A DNA stretch of 64,000 nucleotides from NCBI RefSeq assembly GCF_009914755.1, contig NC_060925.1. One strand, given 5' to 3'. Position 1 is the first letter of the stretch, and each line of letters starts with the position of its first letter. The stretch comes from the human T2T-CHM13v2.0 reference genome, Homo sapiens. A program made the translations under genes and the position numbers. This document shows, piece after piece, positions 33,406 through 52,107 of the stretch. The notes below the pieces were generated by a model. The model made no database searches. It saw nothing but the letters and a program-made list of their open reading frames with translations, and was not told the DNA's origin.

Positions 33406-35255
33406 GGTCCAAGCTGGACAACCTCTGTGAGTGATCACTGGCAGTCTGTTTCACATTCTGGGCCTCAATTTCCTCATCTGTCAAATGGGAGAACTCAGTT
33501 AATCTGTAAGATTATGTTCAAGTCCTAAACTACTGTGATTTAAAATATTATCATGACACAAGCCCTCTTATTCGCACAGCCTTCTCTGGTTAACAAAATG
33601 TTTTCACTCATTGCTTACCATTCCACCAACACTGACTTCCATGGGCATGTGCTGAAGCATATGTTGGGCAATGCTGGGCAGTAGTGGCACAGAGAGATGG
33701 AGGCCATCGCCCTTGGGGAGCCACTAGTGCAGGTATAGATGCAGATAAAAAGGGAGAAGTAGGTAAGAGCATGTACAGGTTGAACAAAGAGCCCTGGGTG
33801 CTGAGGAGGGAGCTGAGGGGGAGGGGTAGTGCTGCACGTGACCCCAATCCCATCAAGTGGAAAAGGCATCTTTGCCTCCATTTTACCGATAAGGAAACTA
33901 AGGGTCAGAGAGAGAAATGACTGCTCAGATGCACATAGCCAAGAAGTGACCAGGCCTGCCTTCATTCTGGTATTTGTCTTTTGGCACAGTTTGCTTACCC
34001 TATAGGGGATATTGGGATGGAAGACGGGGGAAGGAATCTGAGCCATACCTGAAGATACGTGCAAGGAGTACTGTTTGGTGGGGAGGTGGACACATCAGCA
34101 TGCTACTCTGGATTTTCAGGAAGCACAGCTTGACTACCTTGTAAATGTCAGGCCTTGGGCTGGGAGTCGAATCAGAGGGTTTCCTGGCCCAGGGGAGCTG
34201 CAGTCTGACCACACTAGGGTCAGAGCAGTGACAAACTGCAAGAAGCCCCAGCCTGGGAGTGCCTAGGGTTTTCTATCCAAATGAATTCATGGACGTGCAT
34301 TCACTCATCCGCTTATCCATCTAATCTTTCTGAACACTGGTCTGAGCACTGAGCACCTGGGGCTGTAGCCCGTCTGCATCTGTGTTTGTGCCTGTTGCTC
34401 AGCGCCCTCGACACCTCCAGGGCAGGGGCCTGGTCTCATTTCTCTTTAGCTGACATAGAGGAGACTGGGCCAGACTATTCGGCGCCTCAGAGCCTCTCTC
34501 TGCTGCTCTCAGGGCTCCCTTTCCAGGAATGGGGGCTCTAGGCCAGGCTGCCAGGGTAGGGGAGAGGGCGTGGCCATGTCGGCCCCTATCCCCAGGTCGG
34601 CTGATAAGCTCCAAAGCAGTCGGGACTGAGGGCCTTGGAGCACAGCCATCAGCCACCCCGTGCCCCACGGTACTAATGAGGCAGCCACCTCCACGCCCAA
34701 ACGCTGGGATGGGGGCCTGGCCTCTTAGCTCTCTGCTCCCCCTCTCTATCCTGGGTGGTCTTGCCCATTTGTTAGCTTTGGTGGGGGGATGGAGGATTCC
34801 TCTGCAAAGGACTGAGCTGTGGGGTCCCTGGGGGAGGGCAGCTGATTCCAGTAGAGAGGACACTTCCCTCCCAAAGTGTCTTTGTTCCCTAAGAGTCTGA
34901 CCCAATTCTTTTCTTCCATCTGCCCCTGGATTGCCCTGCACAGAGGACAAAGGACCCCGGCGAAAGGGGTGGGGGAAGAGCAAGAAGGATCTCAAAGGGT
35001 CATTCTAGGGTTCACTCTCCAGCACCCCTTGACAGGATCTCTTGCGTGTGGGGAGCACAAGCCGACCTGTGCACGTGTGTGAGGTCAGGCGTGGACAGGT
35101 CTGTGGGACCACACATACGGGCACGCGCACGGGGATAGTGAGTTCCATGGAGGCATCCTGTAGTAGGGAACCCGCGACGGTGACGCCACAGATGGGGTGC
35201 GGAGGCTCTGGTGGCCCCCAACCTCCATCAGGCCAGCCCTCCTCGCTTCCTTTGA

Positions 35256-35576
<321 letters not shown>

Positions 35577-35649
35577 GACAAGACTGCTTTTTAACCTTGT
35601 TGGAAAGAGCCACTTGGAGATCAGCCCGTCTAGGGGGACTCTTCTCGCC

Positions 35650-36560
35650 TCTTAGAGAAGAAATTACGGGGCGCAGAGCCGTGCACCCGAATATCCATGC
35701 ATCCGAATTCCAACTCCGCTCAGAAGCCTGGGGCAGACTCCCCGCCCCACCCAGCGAACGAGCATGTGGCCGGGACCTGGGTGAGGATTTCCTCGCCAGC
35801 CCTCCTTGGCACAGAGCTGTGCATCTCACGACTCCTGCGCGACCCCGGGCCAGGCCCTATTAGTGTCTGGGCTTCGGGCATCTAGTCTGCAAAACCGACT
35901 GTGTCGCTTTTCTCGGGCTGCGGCTCCGCTGGGGAGGCTGCGGCAGGGGAAGGCTCGGCAGAGCGCAGGCCGCGGCCTACTGTGCCCAGCAGCCCCCGCT
36001 GCCCTCCCCTTTGGGGCCCCGGCCCCCCGCCAGACAGGTATCGGGCAGCCCCGCCCCGCCGCCGGCACACTGGCAGCTTTGTTACCTGCCCTGGCGCGCC
36101 CGGCCTACGAGCGCTACGTGCTGCCGGCCCGCGGCCCCCTCCTTCCCCTCCCCTCCCCGTCCCCGCCCCACATTCCCGGGCCTGGGGCTGCGGCAGCTCC
36201 AGGCGGGTCTTTGTGAAGCTGGACTCTGGCACCCCTCTCCTGCGTGGGCTTTTGGGGTCGGGGCCCTAGCGCCCTTCGCCCACTTCATCTCGCCCCTTTC
36301 CTTGCTCGGCCACCCTCAAAGAAGCCAGACTTCGCCTTCCCGTCCCCTGCGACCCCCCTGCTTGCAATGGCCGCCTTCCCCACCCTCAGTCGCACCCTAA
36401 GGCCCAGTTCAAAGGCTGCTTCTCAGAAGCCTCCGCTGATTCCCAGTTTTAATCACTCTCCCTGGGGCACCCGCTTTGCCCTGATCGCTTGTCTTTGAAC
36501 CCCTCCAGGTCCTGGGTGGGGCCGGCATACTGCCTGGCCGCCCAGGAAAGTCTTCTGTGG
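35650..36560. promoter_or_regulatory. CpG island (promoter/enhancer-like), multiple GC boxes
   Basis: High GC and undepleted CpG in non-repeat DNA; CCCCGCCCC at ~35740, ~36049, ~36161. Confidence 0.85.
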
Positions 36561-37001
36561 GTGATAGGATGAGTGAAGCTGGAGACCGATAGGGATGGAA
36601 ACCGAGGTCTCCCAAGTCTAGCGTGGAGTCCCGTCCACCGTCTGGGCTGATGTCTGAGCTTCCCTCTCGGGACTCCTTGTGTGCCCTGAGGCCCTTCATT
36701 CGCGTGTCCATGCCCAGCCACACTGCACACCCGGTACCCCTGGCCTCCCAGCCTTTTCCTAGGCTGCCCCTTCTGCCGGATACACTCTCCAGCCACTAGG
36801 GCAAAGCCGGCCTCTCCAAGGGCCATCTCTCCTGGAGAAGCCGTGCCTGATCCTTGGGGCTTTGCGGTAATCAGTTCACCTGACTTTTTGTTCCAGAAGC
36901 ATTACATGTAAGTTACATTTGACCTTCACTGCAGCCCTGCAAACTAGTGATGCGATGTGGCCCGAAAGTGGCTGGCCTGGGATTTGACCTTGGTTCTAGA
37001 A

Positions 37002-37009
37002 TGACGTCA
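37002..37009. promoter_or_regulatory. Full palindromic CRE (TGACGTCA) on the CpG-island shore
   Basis: Exact motif; function untested. Confidence 0.4.
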
Positions 37010-37499
37010 GACTTCACAAGACATCAAAGACGGGTTCTTTCTTCCACCGCGTGCTGTGGCCTTTCTCTCCCAGGCCTTCCCCCAAGGACAGATGTTCCTC
37101 CCCACCTAGCCCCGTCTCTCCTGCTTTCAAGCTGGAGCAGGGCGGGGTTGGGATTCTTGCTCTAGGGCTAGGCCAGGGGCTGGGTCCCCTGTGGCTTTGG
37201 GCCTCCTTGAAGAATTTCGAGGGAGGATGTGCAGGGCGTGGGGAGAGGTGAGGCAGGAATGTGGGGCTCCGGAGGGAAAGCAGTCAAAAGTGGAGAGGGC
37301 CTCCGGAGGTGGCTTTCCCAGGGCCCTGGGAAGCAGCGGCCTGTTTGAATGACAAAGGTTCCCTGGAGAGCAAAGGAAAGCTCTAGAGGATGGGAATGTG
37401 GGAGGAGGAGGGTCAGAAGGGTGGGGAGGAAGCTGCCCGTGGGCTCCCATCTGCAGCGGCCCTTTCAAGTCCTGCTAAACCCTTAACAATAAGAGGAAC

Positions 37500-38300
37500 T
37501 GACCAGTGGACACACGCAAAGGATGATTAACGTAGTTCACTGAAGAAATACAAAAACCTGTGAAAACGCTAGAAATCCCAAAGTACAAATGAAAAAAAAG
37601 AGTATGCTTTTTCCTATCTATAGAACTGGTCAAGATAATAGAAGTGAAAACACCAGATGTTGGTGAGGTGTGGGAAAGGGAGTGCTTTTTTCACTGCTAA
37701 GGAGGTAAATTGTACCACTTTTCTGCAGGAACATGTCACAGTATGTACAAAAGCCTTTAAAAGAATTAGAATTTGACTTAGCAATTCTGTTTCTGGGGCA
37801 TATCCTAAAATAAAAGATTATTTATCCCAGTCTTATTTATAACTGGGAAAAACTGGAAATTCTCTAAATGTTCAATGACAGGGAATTGGGTAAGTAGGTT
37901 ATGCCTCATTCGCAGACTGAAGACTGCAGAAATTAACTGTCATGTTCTTGAAGAATATGAAAGACATGGGAAACACTGAAGATAAGCTGGTAAGTGAAAA
38001 GAGGAAGTTGTAAAACAGCATGACTCCAATTTTATACAGTAACTGTATAAATAATATCTACCATGCATGGTGCTGGACTGGGAGCCAATCCCAATCTCCC
38101 ATTCGAGCATCACAGCAGCCCTGGAAAGAAGATTCTAGTAACTGCATGAAAAAAAAATAGATATATATTGAATACATATATTTTGCATATATAATGTATA
38201 TATTGAATATATATATTCAAAGAAATATATATGCGAGGAAATGCAACAAAATGTTAACAGCAAGGGGAGAGGGCATGTGTTTTTACTTTTTTCCTTCATT
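37500..38300 (+). mobile_element. L1ME-like 3' fragment
   Basis: GATGTTGGTGAGGTGTGGGAAA..GACTTAGCAATTCTGTTTCTGGG..AAATGTTCAATGACAGGGAATTGG. Confidence 0.6.
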
Positions 38301-38319
38301 CTTTCTAATCTTTTCCCAA

Positions 38320-38616
38320 TTTTCTTTTTTTTTTTTTTTTGAGACAAGTTTCACTCTCATTGCCCAGTCTGGAGTGCAGTGGCGCCATCGCAGCTCACTG
38401 CAGCCTCCGCCTCCCAGGTCCAATTCTCCTGCCTCAGCCTCCCAAGTAGCTGGGATTACAGGTGCCCGCCAACACGCCCAGCTAATTTTGTGTTTTTAGT
38501 AGAGGCGGGGTTTCACCATGTTGGTCAGGCTGGTCTCAAACTCCTGATCTCAGGTGATCCACCTGCCTTGGCCTTCCAAAGTGCTGGGACTACAGGGGTG
38601 AGCCACCACACCTGGC
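38320..38616 (-). mobile_element. AluS
   Basis: TSD CCCAATTTTCTT. Confidence 0.95.
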
Positions 38617-38734
38617 CCCAATTTTCTTCAATAAAAAATATAATGAAGACATTACCAAATTTGAAATCACAAAAATTATTTGTTCAAAAATATCTTCAGG
38701 ATCCCCTGTTTTGGGGGTGGGTGGCAGTTTTCCC

Positions 38735-39520
<786 letters not shown>

Positions 39521-40254
39521 TTTTGCTCCCTCTCAAATGGGTGTGGCAGGGAGGGGAAGTCCTCTGTAGGGATGAGAGTCTATCTTGCACCACAGTGTGA
39601 CCTTGGGGAGGTTGTTTAGACTTCATAGACTGGGGCTGACATTACTCACCCTCCAGGGTTGTAGTGAATGAGGGTAATTGCTAAAAAGTCCCTTCCCCGG
39701 GTTGGTCATCCCTAGGAAGTATCTTATCTGTCCCTTGTTCCTTATCAACATGGACAGCTGGAAGAGCACTGGCCCAAGGACATCACATAGAGCTGGGTTT
39801 GAGTTCTAGCCCTGTCTCTAGCTGTGTGGTCCCTGTGAGCCTCTGTTTCCTCATTTGTGAGATGGGAAAAGTATCTATTCCCATTGAGTTGTTGTAGCTA
39901 GAAGATAGAGATAAGATGAGGAAAGCCAATGGCAGTAAGAATGCTATAGAAGACCGGAGGCAGTGGGAGGCATCAGCCTGATTAGTCTGAGGTAGCTGGC
40001 CTCTCCTTTAGGAAGTTTTCCTTCAGCCCCACAACTTGGATTAGACTCTCCCTGCCATCCTGGGCTCCCACAGTCTCCTCTGCTACCCTCCACACCCCAC
40101 CCCTCTGTTATGGCACTTGTCACACCCTACCATAGCTGTCTCTCTAGAATTATAGAAGCCTCCCTGAAGGAAGAGACCATCACCTCTGCATGCCCGTTAA
40201 AGTAGCAAATATGAATGAAAAAATAGTAAAACCCACTGCTGGCAGTGTTGCAGG

Positions 40255-41153
<899 letters not shown>

Positions 41154-41429
41154 TAGTGGTGATGTGAATAAACACAATCTTTCTGGAGAACTATTTAGCA
41201 GTTCTAATAAAAACCACACACTTAAGTACAACCCCTGACCAAGAGAAACCAGTTTGGGGAGTATATTCCAAGTATCTAATGCAAAGGTGAAAAAAAAAAA
41301 AAACTTGCTGTGTAAAGATATTTTGAGCTGACTATGTGTCATGAAGAAGAGTGGAAAAATAATGGTGCAATGAATTTGTAAACTGCAAATGATGGCAGCT
41401 TGGTTCACACTGTGACAATTCAGCACAGT

Positions 41430-42490
41430 CCAGGAAACATTAACTGAGTACAGAGCATGTGTGAGGTCCTGGATTCCACTCTGGGAACCCAGACATGTCC
41501 CTGCACCAACTAGTGGGTAGACAGGCAGGTAGACTATCACCATACAGTGTGAGCAGATGAGAGAAGTGGGGGCGAGCACACGTGGAGAAGTTAACTCATG
41601 GGAAGGAGGGTCAGGAGAGCTTCTTGCAGGGGGAGATACCTGAGCTGGCTTCAAGTGGACACTGGTGGGAAGGAGAATAAACAACCTAGATGAAGGTGGG
41701 GGGCATTTGTGAAATGGCAAATCATAGGTGTGGCTGGAGGGTGGAATACATGCGGTCATGATAAGGCTGGAGAATATGGCCAGAGGCAGATCATCAAGGG
41801 CCTTGAATGCCAGTTCGTGCTTTACCCAGCAGAAGTGGAGAAGCCAACAGACATCTTTAAAGAGGTGAGCAAGAGGATCATCTTTGTGATTTAGGAAGAT
41901 CATGGGGTAGCCATTTGGAGGATGGACTGGAAAGGCCAGCAGGCAGGGGGAGCCTGTTGTAGGGTCCAGGTAAGCCATGGTGACAAAGCCTGGGGATGGA
42001 GAGAGGGAGGCAAGGTCATGAGATATTTATGAGCCAAAAGAGACAGATAACTCTTGGTGACTGACAGGATGCTGGGGGAGAGGCAGAGGCAGAATTGTGG
42101 CAGGTAGTGCCAGCAACTGACAGGGAACATGAGAGGAGGAGCCCGTTTTGGGGGAAAAGGGATGAGTCCAGTTTGGTATCTGTTGGGTTTGAAGTACCCA
42201 TGGGACGCCCAGATGGACAGGGGAGTGGGCAGCTGGGTATATGAATCTGGAGCTCAGGAGACAGGGCTGGGCAGAAGATTAGGTTTGGAAGGAATAGACT
42301 AGAGGTATGAATTGGAGCCCAGGGCCACCAGAGCCCACCCTGGGAAACAGTTTAGTGGGGGAGAAGTACCTGGACAGCGCCCACTGTAAAGGGTCGGAGG
42401 AGCAACAGGCACTCTGGAAAGGATCTTGAGAAAGATCCAAGAGGTGAAAAACCGGGAAGATGTGTCTCATAGAAGCCCAGGGAGGAGAGT
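41430..42490 (-). mobile_element. L2 fragment (~1 kb)
   Basis: Purine-rich antisense L2 motifs (GAGGCAGATCATCAAGGGCCTTGAATGCC; GATGAGTCCAGTTTGG..GTTTGAAGTACC..ATGAATCTGGAGCTCAGGAGA). Confidence 0.75.
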
Positions 42491-42535
42491 GCAAAAGGGG
42501 AAAAAGAGCAACAGTATTTTAAGTGTTCAGTTTTT

Positions 42536-43562
<1,027 letters not shown>

Positions 43563-44255
43563 GTGTCCATTTCTGAGTGGAAGCCTCAATAACTGCTTCT
43601 CCTTGCTGTCAGACAGAGGACCCCCCTCCCCAGGACTTCCTGGGCTTCCTGCCTCCTCAGCTGGAACTCTGAACACCTCAACTACCTATGCGTCCTCCAC
43701 TAGCCCCAAGGCCTTTCTGGGTCTCGGTTTCTTCCTCTGTTCAGGTAACATTGTGATTCCTCTGCCTGCCCTCCAGCAGGAATCAGTGCTTCAGATGAGA
43801 AACTGATGAAAGTGGTTTATAAACTGCCCAGGGAATGATCCTGATTCATCCCTTTTCAAATCTCAGGTCTTCCACCAGAGGCTTGGTTGGTTTTGTTTTC
43901 TCTTGTCTTGGAGGCTCCTTGGCTCACACTTCTCTCCTCCGGCCATGTCTCTGTTCCGACCTGCTTGATGGTGGCTGGTCTGTGGCTGGCCCATCCTGGG
44001 GTTTACTGAGTCATCAATTCAGCCCTGATTTATTGATGGCAACTCAGTTCTGGGGCCAGCTCCTTGCTTCATTGTTCCTCCCTCTCCTATATCTTTAAGA
44101 TCTTCCCCCGTCTTTCTCATCTTTTTTCCCCCAAGAGACTCAAAGATACACCATATTTTAAAACGGAACAAAAATCCCTCTTCTGCTTGTAGCCCTCCTC
44201 CATTTCTCCCTTCATCTGCATCCCCTCTTAACCAAGTGTCTAAAATAATCATCTA

Positions 44256-44864
<609 letters not shown>

Positions 44865-44949
44865 CTACGTTTCTTTGCCTCCTCTTTGTTGATCCTCTGC
44901 AATCTGGCTTCCACTCCCACCTCTCCACTGAAACTCTTTGTAAAGAAAA

Positions 44950-46060
<1,111 letters not shown>

Positions 46061-47089
46061 AGTAGTAATAATAACAGCCAGCATTTATGAAGTGCCTACC
46101 GTGTGCCAGGCACAATTCTAAGTACCCCCCCACACCCCCGCAACGAAATGAAGTAGACACACAGTAATAGAAGCAAGATTAACACAACCTATTACTAGTT
46201 ACTGACGGTTTGTCCTGTCTTTGGTATTTAAAAATTGAACCTTACACTGAAGGTTCAATAATACTGAATTTTATCTGAGGGTAGAAGAACATTTTATTAT
46301 TTTTCTCTTTTACAGAGAAGGAGGCTGCAGTCCAAAAACTTACATTGCCTGAGGTCATACAGTGAATAGCTGTGGAGCTAGGGTTTTAGTCCTGGTAAGT
46401 CCTGTGTACTCTCTTAACTGATTTGCACTTCTTCTGAGGCTACTGGTGAGAGGAAACCAATGAAGCTGATGGGTGAACTGACCGAGACGTGGGTTTTGTA
46501 CAAATGGAAGGATGGAAGAGGCCAAGGGATTGGTGAGTTAGAGGAAAAGATTCACCTGGATGGGATTGGTAGGGTAGGCCTGGTCTAGAGAGGCTGAGAG
46601 ATAGGGAGGAAGAGATTGGGGACCTCGATAACCTCATAGAGCAGGTGTCCCTGGAGCAAGAAAGCCAAAGGTATCTGTGGTCATCCAGGAAACACTAGAA
46701 TCTAAGATCCCAGAACTGGGTAATGATAAGGTTTAGATCCGGCCATGGGGGTCATCAGCTGAACAAAAGTAAAGGAGAGTTTGTCAATAGACTCCGCTAG
46801 GTTGAGAAACCTGGAGGACAAAGGTGATGCTGAAGGAAGTGATAAACTGCTCTGGAGTTCAAAGCATTGAGGGATCACTCCTTGTGCTTATCATGAAAAA
46901 CACTGAAACCTGAGTTGATTCTTGAACAATAGATGGGAGAGGACAGATGTGAAAGTGGGAAGTCTTTCAAGGTGAAGGTACAGCCAGACAAAGTCATAGA
47001 AGGGTGAAAGCAGGGGGCATATAGTTTTAAGTTGGTTGTACTTAAGGGTGCATGACACAGTGTGATGGGAATTATGCCTAGGCTTTGAA

Positions 47090-47580
47090 AGTGTCCTGAT
47101 TTGGGCACCTCACAAAGTAGATGCTGAATCAAGGATTTAAGAGGGTGGGCAAGTATTTTATTTGAGAGGATGTTGAAGGGAGCACTGTGAAGAAGTGGCG
47201 AAGAGAGGCAGAGAAGAGAGGAAAGCCAATAAAAGATGAGTAAGTTGGGTAACTGAGGACCCTCTGAGAGACTCTGTACAACACACTTTAGAATTGTTCC
47301 GCAGAAAGGCAACGATGTTGGAGTATTTGTCTGCCTATTCTGGTAGGTCCAGAATTCCAGTGGTTGAGGGTTGCTCCCCAGGACATCAACTCTCTGGCTA
47401 TTCAACCCTGCCCAGGTGGGTGAGCCACCTCCAGCCACCAAAGAAAGCCCTGGGGCAGAGGACTGTGAATGCTTGAGGCGTGAAACCACCAGTGTGTACA
47501 AGAATCCTTCACAAAATCCGTAGGTGACTTTCCAGATGGGCTAAGGGGCATGGGCAGGGTACCAATAGCACCTGTTTTAG
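47090..47580 (-). mobile_element. ERVL-class LTR (LTR16/LTR33-like)
   Basis: TGTCCTGATTTGGG..CAAGGATTT..GCAAGTATTTTATTTGAGAGG motif. Confidence 0.5.
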
Positions 47581-48002
47581 AAAGGAAAGTGAGAAGTGTT
47601 CATGGAAGCCCTGCAGTCCCACTAGAGGTTTGCTGTTTATTTCTTAGGCAATGAGAAGCTCTCACCAGCTCCGGAATGTGCTGTGGGAAGAGGAGGTGAG
47701 ATGGGATATAGTGGATCCTGGGTAGAGGCTGTGTGCGCAGCAGGGCCGGGGGAGTGGGAAGATGGACAGGAGGGGACGGCCTTGTGAAAGACCATTGCAG
47801 GGTTTGAATGAACAGGATTTGGCAAATGATTGGGTGTGGTGCAGGGGTGGGGTGAATGAGCAGGGGAAAGACAGAATACCAAGAGCATGGTGCATCTCAG
47901 CAGGAATGAACATCTCTAGGACATGTCTTATTTAGGAAGCATCAAAAGGGTGAAACTAGCAGGGAACATTATGTGCTGAAGAGACCAGGAAATCTTTTCT
48001 GA

Positions 48003-48411
<409 letters not shown>

Positions 48412-48695
48412 TAGTCCAGCTCTGTTGACCCTGATGGACTTTTTCCCTGTTTGTTACAAGAATTGGGTCTCTTTGATTCATACCTCCCCATAGACTGGAA
48501 ACTTCTTAAGGACAGATTATATCTGATTTATCTTCATATCCCCAGTACACAGCATATAATACACCTCAATGGATACTGGATGATGAGAATAATGATGATA
48601 GTTTCCATTTATTGGGTGTTTAATCTGTGTCAGACACTGTGGTGAGCCCTTTTCATATATTACTTCATCTCATGATTGGTATTTTAAAATTTCTT

Positions 48696-49108
<413 letters not shown>

Positions 49109-49704
49109 TTAGGCTTGTCTGGAACCAGGCACTCAAACACTGTTTCAAGGAGCCTTTTTCTCCATCTTTTGGCTTGGCTTTCTTCTGTACTGACTTTGTT
49201 TTCAGAAAGATGATCCTTGTACTTAGCAACCCCAGCAGAAAAACAGCATCTTTTCTTCAACACATCCAGCGAGGGGTCCATGACAGACCTTCAGTGCATC
49301 AGCTTGGGTGTGTGCACAATTCTGGACCAATCATAAACCAGGGAGATCAGATTTGCTAACTGGCCACACTTAGGTTATATCCCCATCCCTGAAGCCATGG
49401 GAAGGGGTCAATCTACCCAAATGTAAAGGAAAATCAGATGCTATATATCTTTGTCCAGACAATGAGAAGAAAGAAACAATAGCTACTTTCTATAATAGGT
49501 ATCCTTGTTTTCCAGATAAAGAAACTGAGGCACAACAAAAGGAAGTACCTGCCAAACATTATTAGCAGGTGAAAAGGCAGGATTGAATTCAGGTCTCTTT
49601 CTCTAGAGCCTGTGCTCCTCCAGGGCAACAGACAGGGTCTTTCTCATTTCTGGGTCCCCTCACTCACGCCCCCAAGATCTTAGCCGACAATTGGTCCTCG
49701 ATTC

Positions 49705-49905
49705 CAGTGGTCCTCAAAGTGTGGTCCGTGGACCATGCAAATCAGCTAACTCCTTGTTCCTAGACCACAGTGAGCTAAGTACCAAAATCCTGAGTAAAAA
49801 ATTAGAAATGTTTTATAGTAATTTGGAATTGCCACAACATGCAAGGGGTGTGACCTGAAAAGATGGGTCTGAGATCGATTGTAGATAATTTGAGAAACAC
49901 TGCTC
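49705..49905. mobile_element. hAT-Charlie (MER5-like) DNA transposon relic
   Basis: Terminal inverted repeats CAGTGGTCCTCAAA ... TTTGAGAAACACTG. Confidence 0.65.
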
Positions 49906-51074
49906 TATTCAGTTATACCTAGAAGGAAGGCATGAGCCGTGGGCCTGCAGAGGAAAGCATGGGGTCTCCAATGGATCCACCACAGGGAGGCAGGTGGGCA
50001 GACTGCCCATCCCACCAGTCAGATGGTGGTCTTCACTTGGCCAGCCTAGAGAAGTCTTCCTAGGAACCCCACTATTACCATAAGCCACCGCAGCTGATGA
50101 GCCTCTCCCATCTCACAAGAAAGGCAGGCAGGGAGGCACAGGCCCAAGCAGCTCCAGCGCCCAAGGGCTCTTGGTTCTAGTCCAGCTGGATACTGGCTGA
50201 TCCTGCCCAGGGCCTGCAGACACCTGGCACCGTCCTCCTGGGCCGCACCCACCCCGTGCTTCCACACTGTGCCCAGAGGGAAGATGATGGCTGACACAGA
50301 CTCGGTGGAAAAGCCACCCCAAAACCAGAATTTATTTTTAAGCTGAGGTGGAAGGTCAGCTGCAGGGACACGCTGCCACCTCCCTTCTTGACATGAGCCT
50401 CCTTGAGTTGGCACCAGGATGTAGCATGGCTCCCACCCTTGCTTCCCCTTTGGTTGGACACTCTCCAATGCCAGGGTCATGCACCAACAGAGCAGCTCCA
50501 AGAAAGAGCATTTTCCAAAGCCCAGATGACTCAGAGTGGTGAGTGTGACCGGAGGGGAGGTTCAGCACCCAGCTCAGACCTTTGTTTGGGAGTTAACGAT
50601 TCCTCCATGCTGATTTCACCTGCCTGTTCTATCGTGCCCAGTGCGGTGAAAACATCCCAGATACTCTGTATTACAAGGCCAGCTCTGCAATTTTGCTGAG
50701 TAACTGTAGGCTGCTCACATAATCTTTCTGTAATTCAATGAGATGACTGCATTTGGAAAAGGTTGGAGCACCCACATCACAAGCCGATTCTGGGGGCGAA
50801 CTGAGGTAATGCTGTAAAGCACCTCCTATGCACAGACCCATGGAGCATGGGAGTGGATATGAAGATGCTCCCTCACCCCTTCCAGGAAGCTGGTAGCTGA
50901 CAAGGACTCAGGCTCAGTCACTTCCAGCTGTGTGACCATGCGTAGGTTTCTCAGCTTCCCTGAGCCTTGATCATCTCATTTATAAAGAACAAAATACCCA
51001 ACTGGAAAGGCTGGCGGTAGGAGTAAATGCAACTGAATATGCAGAAGAGCGTGGCACACAGTAGGTACTCACTG

Positions 51075-51960
51075 TATGCTCATTCATTTCACACATATTT
51101 ATTGTTAATGCTAGGGACTAGGTCAACTAGGTCAGGCATTGAGGCTACTATGGTGAGCAAAGAAAGACATACCCTGTCTCTTCCCTAGGAATTTAGTAAA
51201 GGAAGTGAATTGTGAGTGAAACAGATAGGCACACAGATAATCAAATCACAGCTGTGGCACCCACTACAAAGGTGAGGTGCTAAGTGCTAAGTGAAGATGG
51301 GACAAGACGTTCAACTCACTTAGTGAAGTCAGGAAGGGCTTCTCTGAGGCAGTGATAATTGAGCCAAGGTCTGAAGCATGAATGGGAAAGCATTCAGGAT
51401 GAGGAACAACATGTGCCAAGCCCTGTGATGGGGAATCCTAGTTAGTTAAAGGGACTGAAAAGAGGCCAGTGTGGTAAGAGCCCAGAGAGCAAGGTGGGGA
51501 TGGGGTAAGGGAGGGCTGGAGAGGAGAGGAGAGGCCAGACCTCACAAGCCCTATAGGCCATGCTATGGATTTCAGTCTTAGTCCATATTTTATAATAAAT
51601 GCGGGTGAGGATTACATGATCATACTTGCCTTCCAAATAGATCCCTCTGGCTGCAGCTTGGAGGTGAAGTGTGTGCACCAACATAATACAGTTAGCTGTT
51701 AGGAGACCACTGCTATGCTGCAGATGAGTGATTAAGGAGTTTGAGGCTAAGGTGGTGATGATGGAGATGGAGAGGAGGGGATGGAGGCAGCTGTGTAGGT
51801 GAAGTGGAAGGCGCTTTGTGCAGCATTGCCTAAGTGTGTCAGGAACAATTCCTGGTGGTACTACTGGAGCAGAAGTAGGTTTGGGGATAAGCCTATCAGT
51901 CTGGTTTTGAACAGATTGAATTTAGGATATTTCTGAGACATCTGAGAGACAATGACCATT
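51075..51960 (-). mobile_element. L2 fragment
   Basis: CATTCATTT..ATATTTATTG..GTCAGGAAGGGCTTCTCTGAGG..GGAACAACATGTGCCAAGCCCTG. Confidence 0.7.
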
Positions 51961-52018
51961 TCCCATCAGGTTTGGTGAGAGGTAGCCCACTGGTACCATT
52001 TTAAAATAAAGACATTTT

Positions 52019-52107
52019 AAAAATATGGAACACATCACAAATTTGTGTGTCATCCTTGAGCAGCTGTATCATTCCAATTTCAATGTATGTGCTACTGAAG
52101 CAAGCAC
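52019..52107 (-). pseudogene. U6 snRNA retropseudogene with 18 nt internal deletion
   Basis: Reverse complement GTGCTTGCTTCAGTAGCACATACATTGAAATTGGAATGATACAG^CTGCTCAAGGATGACACACAAATTTGTGATGTGTTCCATATTTT; TSD CCACTGGTACC (51987-97/52109-19). Confidence 0.92.

Noticed and set aside
34399-34995. 198 aa minus-strand ORF
   Set aside because: GC-rich unique DNA, no homology I recognise, no coding-exon features.
35806-36498. Overlapping P/A/R/G-rich ORFs in the CpG island
   Set aside because: Expected from stop-codon scarcity in GC-rich DNA; mostly non-ATG starts; no recognisable protein.
38038-38150. TSD-like repeat AGTAACTG(T/C)AT(A/G)AA around ~85 bp
   Set aside because: Inner sequence looks like a decayed MIR, the repeat has mismatches and there is no tail; not distinguishable from chance.
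46875-47501. 208 aa minus-strand ORF
   Set aside because: Overlaps L2/LTR relics; non-ATG start.
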